Virus record (IMG/VR): IMGVR_UViG_2851938318_000001
Reading direction: 5' to 3' (one strand)
DNA: 64,000 nucleotides
Origin: a virus
Taxonomy: Duplodnaviria; Heunggongvirae; Uroviricota; Caudoviricetes
Position numbers and translations under genes: made by a program. This document shows positions 38,791 through 47,660 of the stretch, one piece after another. Under the pieces are notes generated by a model. It did no database searches. It had not been told where the DNA came from and saw only the letters and a list, made by a program, of their open reading frames with translations. Position 1 is the stretch's first letter. Each line of letters starts with the position of its first letter.

Positions 38791-39458
38791 TATTCTTCTT
38801 CCTCCAGACTCAACAGATAATCTACAAATTCTTCAAACTCGGCTTCCGCCTTTTTGTCGCGCTCGCTACCGGTCATTTCAAAGATAGAACGACCAGACTC
38901 TTCCGCATCATCATAGACGTTGCGGTTATATAGATTGACTGGCGCAGACTCGATTCCAAACGTCTCAACAATCTCTTTAGCCGCCAGAATGCGAGACACT
39001 TGTGATGGCAAAGCCGGGCACTGGTTCATGACCGCGCGGACCTTCACTTTATCGTTTACATTGCGAACATTGTCGATAATAGGATCGATGTCACGTAAAG
39101 ATTTCAAATCACGACGCTTAGGACGCAGCGGGATAATGATAACGTCAGCCATCAGCATCGCTTGTCGCTGAATTTCGGAGTCGAAGCCACCAGCATCTAC
39201 CACTACAAACTCAGCTCTACCCTGAAGCGATTTTAGGTGCTTAATGATGTCATCCTGAACGTATGCAAAAGGAATCAGCTCAAGGTCTTCGTTCTGTCGA
39301 CGGTCTTCACACCAGCTCGTTGTCGTGCGCTGAATATCTATATCGGTAATATAAACCTTCTTCTTCTTTTTGACTTTCAGGCAAACGGCAATTTGCTGGG
39401 CAACGGTGGATTTGCCAGGCCCGCCCTTTGTGCCGCCAACCACAAAGATCTTGGTCAT
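38790..39458 (-). CDS. parA: Partition ATPase ParA (small type Ib ParA/ParF-like)
   Basis: Deviant Walker A GGTKGGPGKST; 222 aa. Confidence 0.75.
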   Translation of the reverse strand: MTKIFVVGGTKGGPGKSTVAQQIAVCLKVKKKKKVYITDIDIQRTTTSWCEDRRQNEDLELIPFAYVQDDIIKHLKSLQGRAEFVVVDAGGFDSEIQRQAMLMADVIIIPLRPKRRDLKSLRDIDPIIDNVRNVNDKVKVRAVMNQCPALPSQVSRILAAKEIVETFGIESAPVNLYNRNVYDDAEESGRSIFEMTGSERDKKAEAEFEEFVDYLLSLEEEE

Positions 39459-39633
39459 TGGAGAGTTCCCTTTGCGTATATAATTATCGTCTGAAACAAC
39501 TTGTTTTCTTATATGTGATATAGCCTAAATGCCTACGGCTGCGGTGTAAAGGTTAAATGGTAGGTTGTGATTAACAATTTGAACCGCCCCGGAAATCCTG
39601 GAGACTAAACTCCCTGAGAAAGAGGTAAACAGG

Positions 39634-39960
39634 ATGACTAAAAATACTCGTTTTTCCCCCGAAGTCCGTCAGCGGGCGATTCGTATGGTTCTGGAAAGTC
39701 AGGATGAATATGACTCACAGTGGGCGGCAATTTGTTCCATTGCCCCAAAGATTGGCTGTACGCCGGAGACTCTGCGTGTCTGGGTTCGCCAGCATGAGCG
39801 GGATACCGGGGGCGGTGATGGTGGGCTCACCAGCGCTGAACGTCAGCGTCTGAAAGAGCTGGAACGTGAAAATCGTGAACTGCGCCGCAGTAACGATATC
39901 CTTCGCCAGGCTTCCGCTTATTTTGCGAAGGCGGAGTTCGACCGCCTCTGGAAAAAATGA
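39634..39960 (+). CDS. IS629 transposase OrfA
   Basis: Identical 108-aa translation. Confidence 0.85.
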   Translation: MTKNTRFSPEVRQRAIRMVLESQDEYDSQWAAICSIAPKIGCTPETLRVWVRQHERDTGGGDGGLTSAERQRLKELERENRELRRSNDILRQASAYFAKAEFDRLWKK

Positions 39961-40847
39961 TGCCACTGCTGGATAAGCTGCGTGAGCAGTACGGGGTCGG
40001 ACCGGTATGCAGCGAACTGCATATTGCCCCGTCAACGTATTACCATTGTCAGCAACAGCGACATCATCCGGATAAACGCAGTGCCCGTGCGCAGCACGAC
40101 GACTGGCTGAAGAGAGAGATACAGCGCGTATACGATGAAAATCATCAGGTGTACGGTGTGCGTAAAGTCTGGCGTCAGTTGTTACGGGAAGGAATCAGGG
40201 TGGCCAGATGTACAGTGGCACGTCTCATGGCGGTTATGGGACTTGCCGGTGTTCTCCGGGGTAAAAAGGTCCGTACGACCATCAGCCGGAAAGCCGTTGC
40301 CGCAGGCGACCGCGTAAACCGTCAGTTCGTGGCAGAACGACCTGACCAGCTGTGGGTGGCTGATTTTACTTACGTCAGCACATGGCAGGGCTTCGTCTAT
40401 GTGGCGTTTATCATTGATGTGTTTGCCGGATACATCGTGGGGTGGCGGGTCTCATCGTCTATGGAAACGACATTCGTGCTGGATGCGCTGGAGCAGGCGT
40501 TGTGGGCCCGTCGTCCGTCTGGCACCATCCATCACAGCGATAAAGGCTCTCAGTATGTGTCACTGGCCTATACGGAGCGACTAAAAGAAGCCGGATTACT
40601 GGCATCAACAGGGAGTACAGGCGACTCGTATGACAACGCGATGGCTGAGAGCATCAATGGTCTTTACAAAGCGGAGGTAATACACCGTAAGAGCTGGAAA
40701 AACCGTGCAGAAGTGGAACTGGCCACACTAACGTGGGTGGACTGGTATAACAATCGACGATTGCTGGGAAGGCTGGGCCATACTCCTCCGGCAGAAGCAG
40801 AAAAAGCTTATTATGCTTCCATCGGAAACGATGATCTGGCAGCCTGA
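39957..40847 (+). CDS. IS629 transposase OrfB
   Basis: Identical 296-aa translation. Confidence 0.85.
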   Translation: MMPLLDKLREQYGVGPVCSELHIAPSTYYHCQQQRHHPDKRSARAQHDDWLKREIQRVYDENHQVYGVRKVWRQLLREGIRVARCTVARLMAVMGLAGVLRGKKVRTTISRKAVAAGDRVNRQFVAERPDQLWVADFTYVSTWQGFVYVAFIIDVFAGYIVGWRVSSSMETTFVLDALEQALWARRPSGTIHHSDKGSQYVSLAYTERLKEAGLLASTGSTGDSYDNAMAESINGLYKAEVIHRKSWKNRAEVELATLTWVDWYNNRRLLGRLGHTPPAEAEKAYYASIGNDDLAA

Positions 40848-41089
40848 GTTCACAGATAAAACACTCTCCAGGAAACCCGGGGCGGTTCAATTGGCAATCA
40901 TAGCTTGTATTTGTCTGTTGAAAAAAGTAACAATGACCTCTATATTACAAGTACGGTGATATGCCGTACACAATTTGATAATGCACACGTAATGGGCTAT
41001 AGCCTTTTAAAGTAATTTTTGAGTCGAAAACTCAGTTTGAACAGAGGAGATTGATGGCCTTCCTACATCACGGCCATCAGGAGGAATAC

Positions 41090-41359
41090 ATGTCAGCACT
41101 AAAAAAGCAGCGCATCGATTTGAGATTAACCGATGACGATAAAAGCATCATCGAGGAAGCTGCCGCAATGTCTAACCAGAGCATTACTCAGTTTATGGTT
41201 AGCAGTGCATCTGAACGTGCCGTGAAAGTTATAGAGCAACACCGTAGACTAGTTCTGAATGAAGAATCCTGGAATCTGGTTATGGACGCTATAAGCAATC
41301 CTCCGGCACCGAACGACAAGCTGAAACGAGCTGCTGATCGTCTGAAAAGCATGGAGTAG
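41090..41359 (+). CDS. TacA-like antitoxin (DUF1778 type)
   Basis: MSALKKQRIDLRLTDDDKSIIEEAAAMSNQSITQFMV; start set at ATG 41090 with AGGAGG RBS. Confidence 0.6.
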   Translation: MSALKKQRIDLRLTDDDKSIIEEAAAMSNQSITQFMVSSASERAVKVIEQHRRLVLNEESWNLVMDAISNPPAPNDKLKRAADRLKSME

Positions 41360-41366
41360 TTTACTC

Positions 41367-41888
41367 GTGAGCAATACAACGATAGAGATTTTCTCTGGAG
41401 AGAAAGATTATGATCTAAACGGTTTTGATTGCGGCGAAGAGTCACTAAACGCCTTTTTAGCCAACCACTTAAAAAGGCAGCATGAGGGAAAAATTCTTCG
41501 TGCTTATGTGCTTTGCACTCAAGAAGAAAGGCCAAAAGTGTTAGGATATTACACTTTGTCAGGTAGTTGTTTTGAAAAGGAGTCCTTACCTTCAAGAAGC
41601 AAACAAAAGAAGGTTCCTTATCGGAATGTTCCAAGTGTTACTTTGGGTAGGCTGGCTTTGGACAAGCCCCTTCAAGGTCAAGGATTTGGCTCAATGCTTG
41701 TAACACATGCAATGCGCGTTGTGTACAATGCATCTCTTGCTGTAGGCATTCATGGACTTTTCGTTGAGGCGTTAAATGACAAAGCCAAGGCGTTTTATAA
41801 AAGTTTAGGCTTTATCCAGCTGGTTGGTAACAACGAGCGTTCTTTGTTCTATCCTACAAAATCTATCGAAAAATTGTTCGAAGAATAA
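41367..41888 (+). CDS. GNAT-family acetyltransferase toxin (TacT/AtaT-like)
   Basis: GNAT core LQGQGFGSMLVTHAM...KAFYKSLGF; directly downstream of the TacA-like gene. Confidence 0.65.
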   Translation: MSNTTIEIFSGEKDYDLNGFDCGEESLNAFLANHLKRQHEGKILRAYVLCTQEERPKVLGYYTLSGSCFEKESLPSRSKQKKVPYRNVPSVTLGRLALDKPLQGQGFGSMLVTHAMRVVYNASLAVGIHGLFVEALNDKAKAFYKSLGFIQLVGNNERSLFYPTKSIEKLFEE

Positions 41889-42056
41889 TGTGTTCCCCTC
41901 ATTTGAGGGGAACTTCGACATCACCAACCACAAACCCTCTCTCCCATCGTATTGTGAAAAAGGATTTGGCGTTCGGTTTCTTCAGTCATTACATCATTAT
42001 TGCTGATATAGATAGGCTCAGCCCCATCGCAGAACAACACGCTGGCTGTTTGTGGT

Positions 42057-42308
42057 TTAATGACGCACCCACTTATCATACAACTCACGATGAACGGCAG
42101 AAGCATCTTTCTGACGTATTTTACTGCTCGTCTCATTCACCACTTTCACTGTGTTTTGAAGTCGTTTTCTGTCTTCCTGTTTTGCCTTCTCTTCCATTGC
42201 TCGTCGCGCCGCATTCCCGCCCATCGTGTAAGCGCCGACAAGAACGAAAAGAACGGCAGCCAGCGTAATCAAAGCAACTTTTAGCTTTGTCATCAGGCTG
42301 CCTAGCAT
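42057..42308 (-). CDS. Putative spanin-like lysis protein (N-terminal TM plus coiled-coil)
   Basis: 83 aa; position at the distal end of a lysis-like cassette. Confidence 0.35.
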   Translation of the reverse strand: MLGSLMTKLKVALITLAAVLFVLVGAYTMGGNAARRAMEEKAKQEDRKRLQNTVKVVNETSSKIRQKDASAVHRELYDKWVRH

Positions 42309-42309
42309 A

Positions 42310-43029
42310 TTAGACCATCCCTTTCTGGTGTTTTCTTACCTGCGACCAGGCAATGAATCCTGCCACAACAATAGTGGCAATACCGAAGATAATGCGTACT
42401 GTATCCCCGCTAGAGATATGACCTTGTGCTTTATCCATAGCAGCGGAAACCTGCGGCATAACATCGGCCAGCTGCGCCAGACCAATACCTGCTGTAACAG
42501 TTGCGCCTGCGGTTTCTTTAGTTACAGGAACAGCCTTCACGGTTTTCACCGGCTTAACAACGCCAGCTCGACGCAGACCTTCCTCAATAACTTCTGCCGC
42601 ATACCAGGTGTTCAGCGTTTTTAGCGGGCCTCGGCCATTCTCGTGGCGAATGATTGCCTCAACCAAAGGTCGAAGGATGTCGTAATCATGCAGATCGATG
42701 ATCATGTCTGCGGTTACACCAACGGCTTTAGACACCTCATTAATGTAGGCGTCAGTATTGTTTTCATTCGGCGGTGCCCAGCGTTCAATAACTTCACGAA
42801 TGGTATCGATACTTGTGCCGTCTTTTGCGCGACGTTTATCGTGGTAGGTAATTAGAGTCACCGCCAGCGCACGAATCCCCCAAACAGGGTCTTTAAACGT
42901 GCAAAAGCGCGGTTCGTCTGGATTCGCAACCAGACCTTGCCACGGTGATCCTTTATCAAGATTACCGGGGTTATTATTACGAATGCCTCTCGGAGTCTTC
43001 ATCCTTGATCTCCTGTTATTGCAGTCCAC
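42310..43029 (-). CDS. Putative lysis-associated cell-wall hydrolase with C-terminal TM anchor
   Basis: 239 aa with RNNNPGNL motif and C-terminal hydrophobic helix; enzymatic class not resolved. Confidence 0.35.
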   Translation of the reverse strand: MDCNNRRSRMKTPRGIRNNNPGNLDKGSPWQGLVANPDEPRFCTFKDPVWGIRALAVTLITYHDKRRAKDGTSIDTIREVIERWAPPNENNTDAYINEVSKAVGVTADMIIDLHDYDILRPLVEAIIRHENGRGPLKTLNTWYAAEVIEEGLRRAGVVKPVKTVKAVPVTKETAGATVTAGIGLAQLADVMPQVSAAMDKAQGHISSGDTVRIIFGIATIVVAGFIAWSQVRKHQKGMV

Positions 43030-43351
43030 TTTTTACGCCATACGCGGCTAACCCCAAAAGCAGTGCGGTAATAATGAACGACGTTATTTTAGAAACAATG
43101 CCGCCAAAGAACCCACTTGAGATGGAATCTAACCGGTTAAGGAGTTTGTCCAGATTGGAGTGTTGAATACTATGTTGCGCCGGGGTCATATCACCAAAGT
43201 AGGTTTTCAGCTGATCATTGACCTCCTGGCCAATTTCTTCACGTAGCTCTTTACCTAATTTGCCAACAACCTCCCGAGCAACGATCGCGGCAATACGCTC
43301 AACTTGCTCTGTTGTAACGCCCGCCATCTCGTTCGACATGTTTTCCTCCAT
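43016..43351 (-). CDS. Putative holin-like membrane protein
   Basis: 111 aa with C-terminal TM segment; overlaps the start of the next lysis gene. Confidence 0.3.
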   Translation of the reverse strand: MEENMSNEMAGVTTEQVERIAAIVAREVVGKLGKELREEIGQEVNDQLKTYFGDMTPAQHSIQHSNLDKLLNRLDSISSGFFGGIVSKITSFIITALLLGLAAYGVKSGLQ

Positions 43352-43541
43352 GAAAAGTCAAATCGGGATGGCGGATTTATATCACACTTCCCCTTTCAAT
43401 TATAGGTATATACTTACCTACCTATGCATATACCGTTTAACGGCTGTTCAAATTCGTATCTAGTAACTCACTAATATATCCCTATGATTGCGGCTGTGAG
43501 ATCGCATTTTAAACCTCACAGCCATATAAATAATGTCTAAA

Positions 43542-46500
43542 TCAGTTACTTGTTGCCCCAACAGTACCTGCAAATTTCAGCCATTGACCTGACGGACTTC
43601 TATTACTACGGTAGTGATAAACGAGGATTGCGTTTGTAATCCCACCATAGTCAGCTTTGTGTGACGTCGTTAAACGAATTGTATAATCACCGTTAGGTAG
43701 ATTAAAAACTTCGATTATAGATTCTGCTAATTCTACAGCACCAAATCCCGTTATATTGTTGATACTGCCAGCATTGAATCCCATAGCATCGCCAAAGCCA
43801 ATCCAATAACTTTTGCTAAACGCCCCATTTGATTTTAGGTGGCTAATGAATGCGGACAAGCTCATGCCCATATCCCCACCTGAAACAGAGGAAGTTCGCA
43901 CAGTCATGCTTGGAAGAGCACTGCTCTTCACATAGGAACTTAGAAGGTTTGTTACCTCTGTTTTCGTGTAAGCATTAACATTAGCCGCAGTCAAAGTTAT
44001 ATCGGCAGAGCCATCAAACGCCACACCAGCAATTTTCCTTGCTGTCTGCAATTTTGTGGCGGTTGCGGCATTACCAGTAGTGTTCTGGTTCCCATCTGCA
44101 TTCACACCTGGGATGCTGTCTTTTTTAGTATATATCTGAGTCCAGTCCTCTTCGAACCCATAGCCATCACGTGATGAACGGTAATACAATCCACCATTTT
44201 TATAATGCGCTCGGATTTGGAGAGTCCGACAACTACCTACGCCTGTATAAAAATTTGCAACGATATAAGAATCCCCGGAGCGTGTAACATTATACGCACC
44301 TGATTCGGCATTCCACGGGACCGCACCACTAGTATCGGCATAAGTTCCAGTAGCGCGTCGAGCAAAAGCAGATACATTTGCAGCTGTTAGTGTTATATCA
44401 GCAGAACCATCAAAAGACACGCCGCTTATTTTTCTAGCAGTTTGCAACTTCGTAGCTGTTGAAGCATTACCGTTCAAGCTGCCATTTACGCCACCAGTAA
44501 CATTTAGTCCATTACCAATGGACACAGCACCGCTGGTATTGTTAATTGTAATCGGTCGCAAACCGTTCCATGAACCTAATGTGTCTCCTGATGCTGTTAG
44601 CATGAAATATGTGTTCGACCCATCATTACGGATAAAGAACCCAAAGCTACCGTAAGCAATGCGGAAACCATTTGCATATTTTGAAATGATCTCGCCAGAA
44701 GATGTCAAACCTCCAGATAATGTCCCACCGGTAAGAGGTAATGCACCAACGTCAGATGCTGTTGGTTTATTTTTCGTGTTATATACTCTTCGCCATCCTG
44801 GAGAATAATCTGTGCCATTAAATACATAGATAAACTCCGCATTAGTGAGAGCACCAGAGACACTCGTCGTTGTGGCCGTTGTTATACGGATCGTATAATT
44901 GTTTGAGCTACTACCGTTATTAAATACCTCTATAACAGCTCCTGCCAATGGAATAACGCCACAACCAGTTTCACTATTTGGTATGGTTGCACTATTGGCA
45001 TAGGCCCACGCACATCGAGCAATCCATGACTTTGTGTTAAATGCTCCATTATTTTGCAATAACGTCACTAACTGTGCTGTTGTTATTGCTCCGCCATTAC
45101 TTCCTGTAGTTAACCAACCAGTAGGAGATGCCGGGCAACCTATATTTGCTGGCGATAAGGAAATATTTGCCGAGCCGTCAAACGACACCCCATTAATAGT
45201 ACGCGCAGTCTGCAACTTCGTAGCAGTAGCCGCGTTGCCCGTTGTATTCTGATTACCAGTCGTATTAACACCTGGCAAATTAATATTCGCAGTACCATCA
45301 AAGCTCACGCCGCCGATAGTTCTTGCCGTCTGAAGTTTTGTAGCAGTTGCAGCATTACCAGTGGTGTTCTGATTACCCGTAGTATTTACACCTGGAAGGT
45401 TGATATTTGCAGAACCGTCGAAACCAACTCCACCGATAGATCTTGCCGTCTGCAATTTCGTTGCTGTACTTGCATTACCATTTAATGTTCCGGTGATCCC
45501 ACCAGTAACAGACAACGGACCTGAAACTGTTCCTCCGGTTGTTGGCAGTGCACCAATATCTAACGGCGTCGGTTTCTGATGTGTGCTATACATCGTATAA
45601 ACAACACCATCGGTAACGCTGGAAGGCTTACTCGCTGAATATGTTGGCGATGTATAAATAGAAACTGTCGCATTTGCAGTACAATCCCAATGGATATTTA
45701 CACTCGTCGCATAATTGCCAATCTCAACGTAAATATCATATGTATCGCCGGATGTGTTGATCCAGGCGAAATTCGTTAATCCGACAGCTGTACGCTTCCA
45801 CAAAGCCCCGGTAATTCCTTTGGGGTTTCCATTGCCTGCTCGTAGAACCAGTTCTGAAATGCCTGCCTGATGTGGGGAACCGACGTTGTAACCAGCGCCA
45901 CCAATCAATGCGATGTAAACGATGGAACTCGCTTGTGGCATGGTAACCGTAGCCAGTTTGAACCACCCAGCCCCGCCAGAGAAAGACATCGTTACTGAAT
46001 TTAAAGTACCAATATCTTTCGGCGTTAATGTTATATCCGCAGTCAATGCTTTTCCGTTAACTTTTCGGTTAGATGGCACCCTGCTATTCGCATTGTCATT
46101 GGCTGCTTTAACTGCTTTTGGCGTTGCGGCCAGCGATTCACTGGTGCTGTCGACAGCACTGCTAAGTTTCACAACACCTTTGGTGGTAAGGCTTGCGTCT
46201 TCCATCGCAACTGCACCGGCAATCTCTTCAGCACGATCAGCGGCAGCTTCCGCACGGGTCGCAGCGGATTCAGCAGCAGTTTTGCTCTGAGATGCAGCTG
46301 TCGCACTGCCTGCCGCCTCTGTTGCCTTCGTGGATGCCGTTGAAGCACTGCTCTTCGCTGCTGATGCCTGCTTGGTCGCCTCATCTTTTGAAGCGGATGC
46401 TGAGGTGGCTGATGCAGACGCAGAACTTGCAGATTCAGCAGCTGCCGCCTTAGAGGAAGCAGCATTGTCTTCTGAGGTCTTTGCATTTGTTTCAGAGGTT

Positions 46501-47567
46501 TTTGCTGCCGATGCTGAATTTTTAGCAGCTGTAGCCTGACTCGTCGCCTCTGTCGCTTTTGTGGTAGCTGTTGTCGCGGATGACAATGCGCTATCCGCAG
46601 ATTTTCCTGCCGCTGTTGCACTTGATGAAGCACTATCCGCACTTGCTGAGGCTGCACTTGCTGACGCTTCTGCCACAGATTTCGAACTGTTTGCAGACGA
46701 TGCACTCTGTTCGGCTGCCGTTTCAGATGCTTTTGCGTTTGTCTCTGACGTTTTTGCTGCCTTAGAGGAATTTGCAGCTTCTGTTGCCGATGATGCAGCC
46801 GCGTTTGCACTCGATGAAGCGTTAGTCTCTGATGCTTTGGCTGCATCCTTAGATGCAGAGGCACTGGACGCAGATATTGCAGCCTCCGATGCTTTGGTCG
46901 ATGCTACAGACGCTGATTCTGCTGCCGCTTCTTTGGCGGCCTCTGCGTTCGTTTCAGATCTTTTCGCAGCAGTTGCACTCGCACTTGCAGCACTTTGTGA
47001 GGATGCCGCAGCGGATGCACTTTGAGACGCTTGAGATGCTTTTTCTCCAGCGGTATTGGCGCTTTCTGCCGCTGCGGCAGCACTGGCCGCCGCCTCACGA
47101 GCTTTGTCGCCAGCAGCATCAATCGCGTCAGTGTTATTTTTATACCACTCAACGTTTTCGTTGTGCTCGTTGACGATCTGCATTAGCGGCTTAACGGTCA
47201 CTTCTGTACCGTCTTCACGCTCGATTGTCACCTCATCCAGAGCAGTCAACCAACTGCGCATGGACTTTGAATCAGCCGACATACGCGACATTAGTGCAGT
47301 AAAGCGCGCGCTAAACTGTGTTAAGTCGCCTTCATAGGTCGTAATGATTCGGCACGGAACTTCAGACTGAGTTTCGCCGGTATAAGGTTCTGAGAGAACA
47401 ATGTTCGTATCACTGGTTACGCGCTTGATCTCATACAGCTTGTTGTCGGGGCCAATGACGATCATCCCCGGCAACACACCATTAGCTGTTACGTTCCAGG
47501 CTGTTCCAACACCAACGAGAGTATTGCTACCCTGTGTAAATGTGATAGTACCTTCCCTGTACCACAT
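43542..47567 (-). CDS. Tail fiber protein (1341 aa) with Ala/Ser-rich region and repeated C-terminal modules
   Basis: Repeated motif NTTGNQNTTGNAATATKLQTAR-IGGVSFDG-ANINL; immediately downstream of J. Confidence 0.7.
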   Translation of the reverse strand: MWYREGTITFTQGSNTLVGVGTAWNVTANGVLPGMIVIGPDNKLYEIKRVTSDTNIVLSEPYTGETQSEVPCRIITTYEGDLTQFSARFTALMSRMSADSKSMRSWLTALDEVTIEREDGTEVTVKPLMQIVNEHNENVEWYKNNTDAIDAAGDKAREAAASAAAAAESANTAGEKASQASQSASAAASSQSAASASATAAKRSETNAEAAKEAAAESASVASTKASEAAISASSASASKDAAKASETNASSSANAAASSATEAANSSKAAKTSETNAKASETAAEQSASSANSSKSVAEASASAASASADSASSSATAAGKSADSALSSATTATTKATEATSQATAAKNSASAAKTSETNAKTSEDNAASSKAAAAESASSASASATSASASKDEATKQASAAKSSASTASTKATEAAGSATAASQSKTAAESAATRAEAAADRAEEIAGAVAMEDASLTTKGVVKLSSAVDSTSESLAATPKAVKAANDNANSRVPSNRKVNGKALTADITLTPKDIGTLNSVTMSFSGGAGWFKLATVTMPQASSIVYIALIGGAGYNVGSPHQAGISELVLRAGNGNPKGITGALWKRTAVGLTNFAWINTSGDTYDIYVEIGNYATSVNIHWDCTANATVSIYTSPTYSASKPSSVTDGVVYTMYSTHQKPTPLDIGALPTTGGTVSGPLSVTGGITGTLNGNASTATKLQTARSIGGVGFDGSANINLPGVNTTGNQNTTGNAATATKLQTARTIGGVSFDGTANINLPGVNTTGNQNTTGNAATATKLQTARTINGVSFDGSANISLSPANIGCPASPTGWLTTGSNGGAITTAQLVTLLQNNGAFNTKSWIARCAWAYANSATIPNSETGCGVIPLAGAVIEVFNNGSSSNNYTIRITTATTTSVSGALTNAEFIYVFNGTDYSPGWRRVYNTKNKPTASDVGALPLTGGTLSGGLTSSGEIISKYANGFRIAYGSFGFFIRNDGSNTYFMLTASGDTLGSWNGLRPITINNTSGAVSIGNGLNVTGGVNGSLNGNASTATKLQTARKISGVSFDGSADITLTAANVSAFARRATGTYADTSGAVPWNAESGAYNVTRSGDSYIVANFYTGVGSCRTLQIRAHYKNGGLYYRSSRDGYGFEEDWTQIYTKKDSIPGVNADGNQNTTGNAATATKLQTARKIAGVAFDGSADITLTAANVNAYTKTEVTNLLSSYVKSSALPSMTVRTSSVSGGDMGMSLSAFISHLKSNGAFSKSYWIGFGDAMGFNAGSINNITGFGAVELAESIIEVFNLPNGDYTIRLTTSHKADYGGITNAILVYHYRSNRSPSGQWLKFAGTVGATSN

Positions 47568-47660
47568 GTTGAATATGCTCCTTGATTTGGTGGGCTATCC
47601 TTGCCCACCATAAAGTAAGTACCTACTTATTTTTACCGATGTAAATATTTTTTTCTACTA

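Larger units (their letters stand above)
39580..40889 (+). mobile_element. IS629/IS1203-like insertion sequence, copy 5
   Basis: Intact ends; 3-bp flanking duplication ATT; 121 bp upstream of parA. Confidence 0.85.

Noticed and set aside
46169-47173. Several plus-strand ORFs (for example 46169-46864 on the minus frame set, 46561-47025, 46853-47173) inside the tail fiber gene
   Set aside because: They lie antisense or out of frame within the Ala/Ser-rich repeat region and have low-complexity translations; they are artefacts of the repetitive coding sequence.
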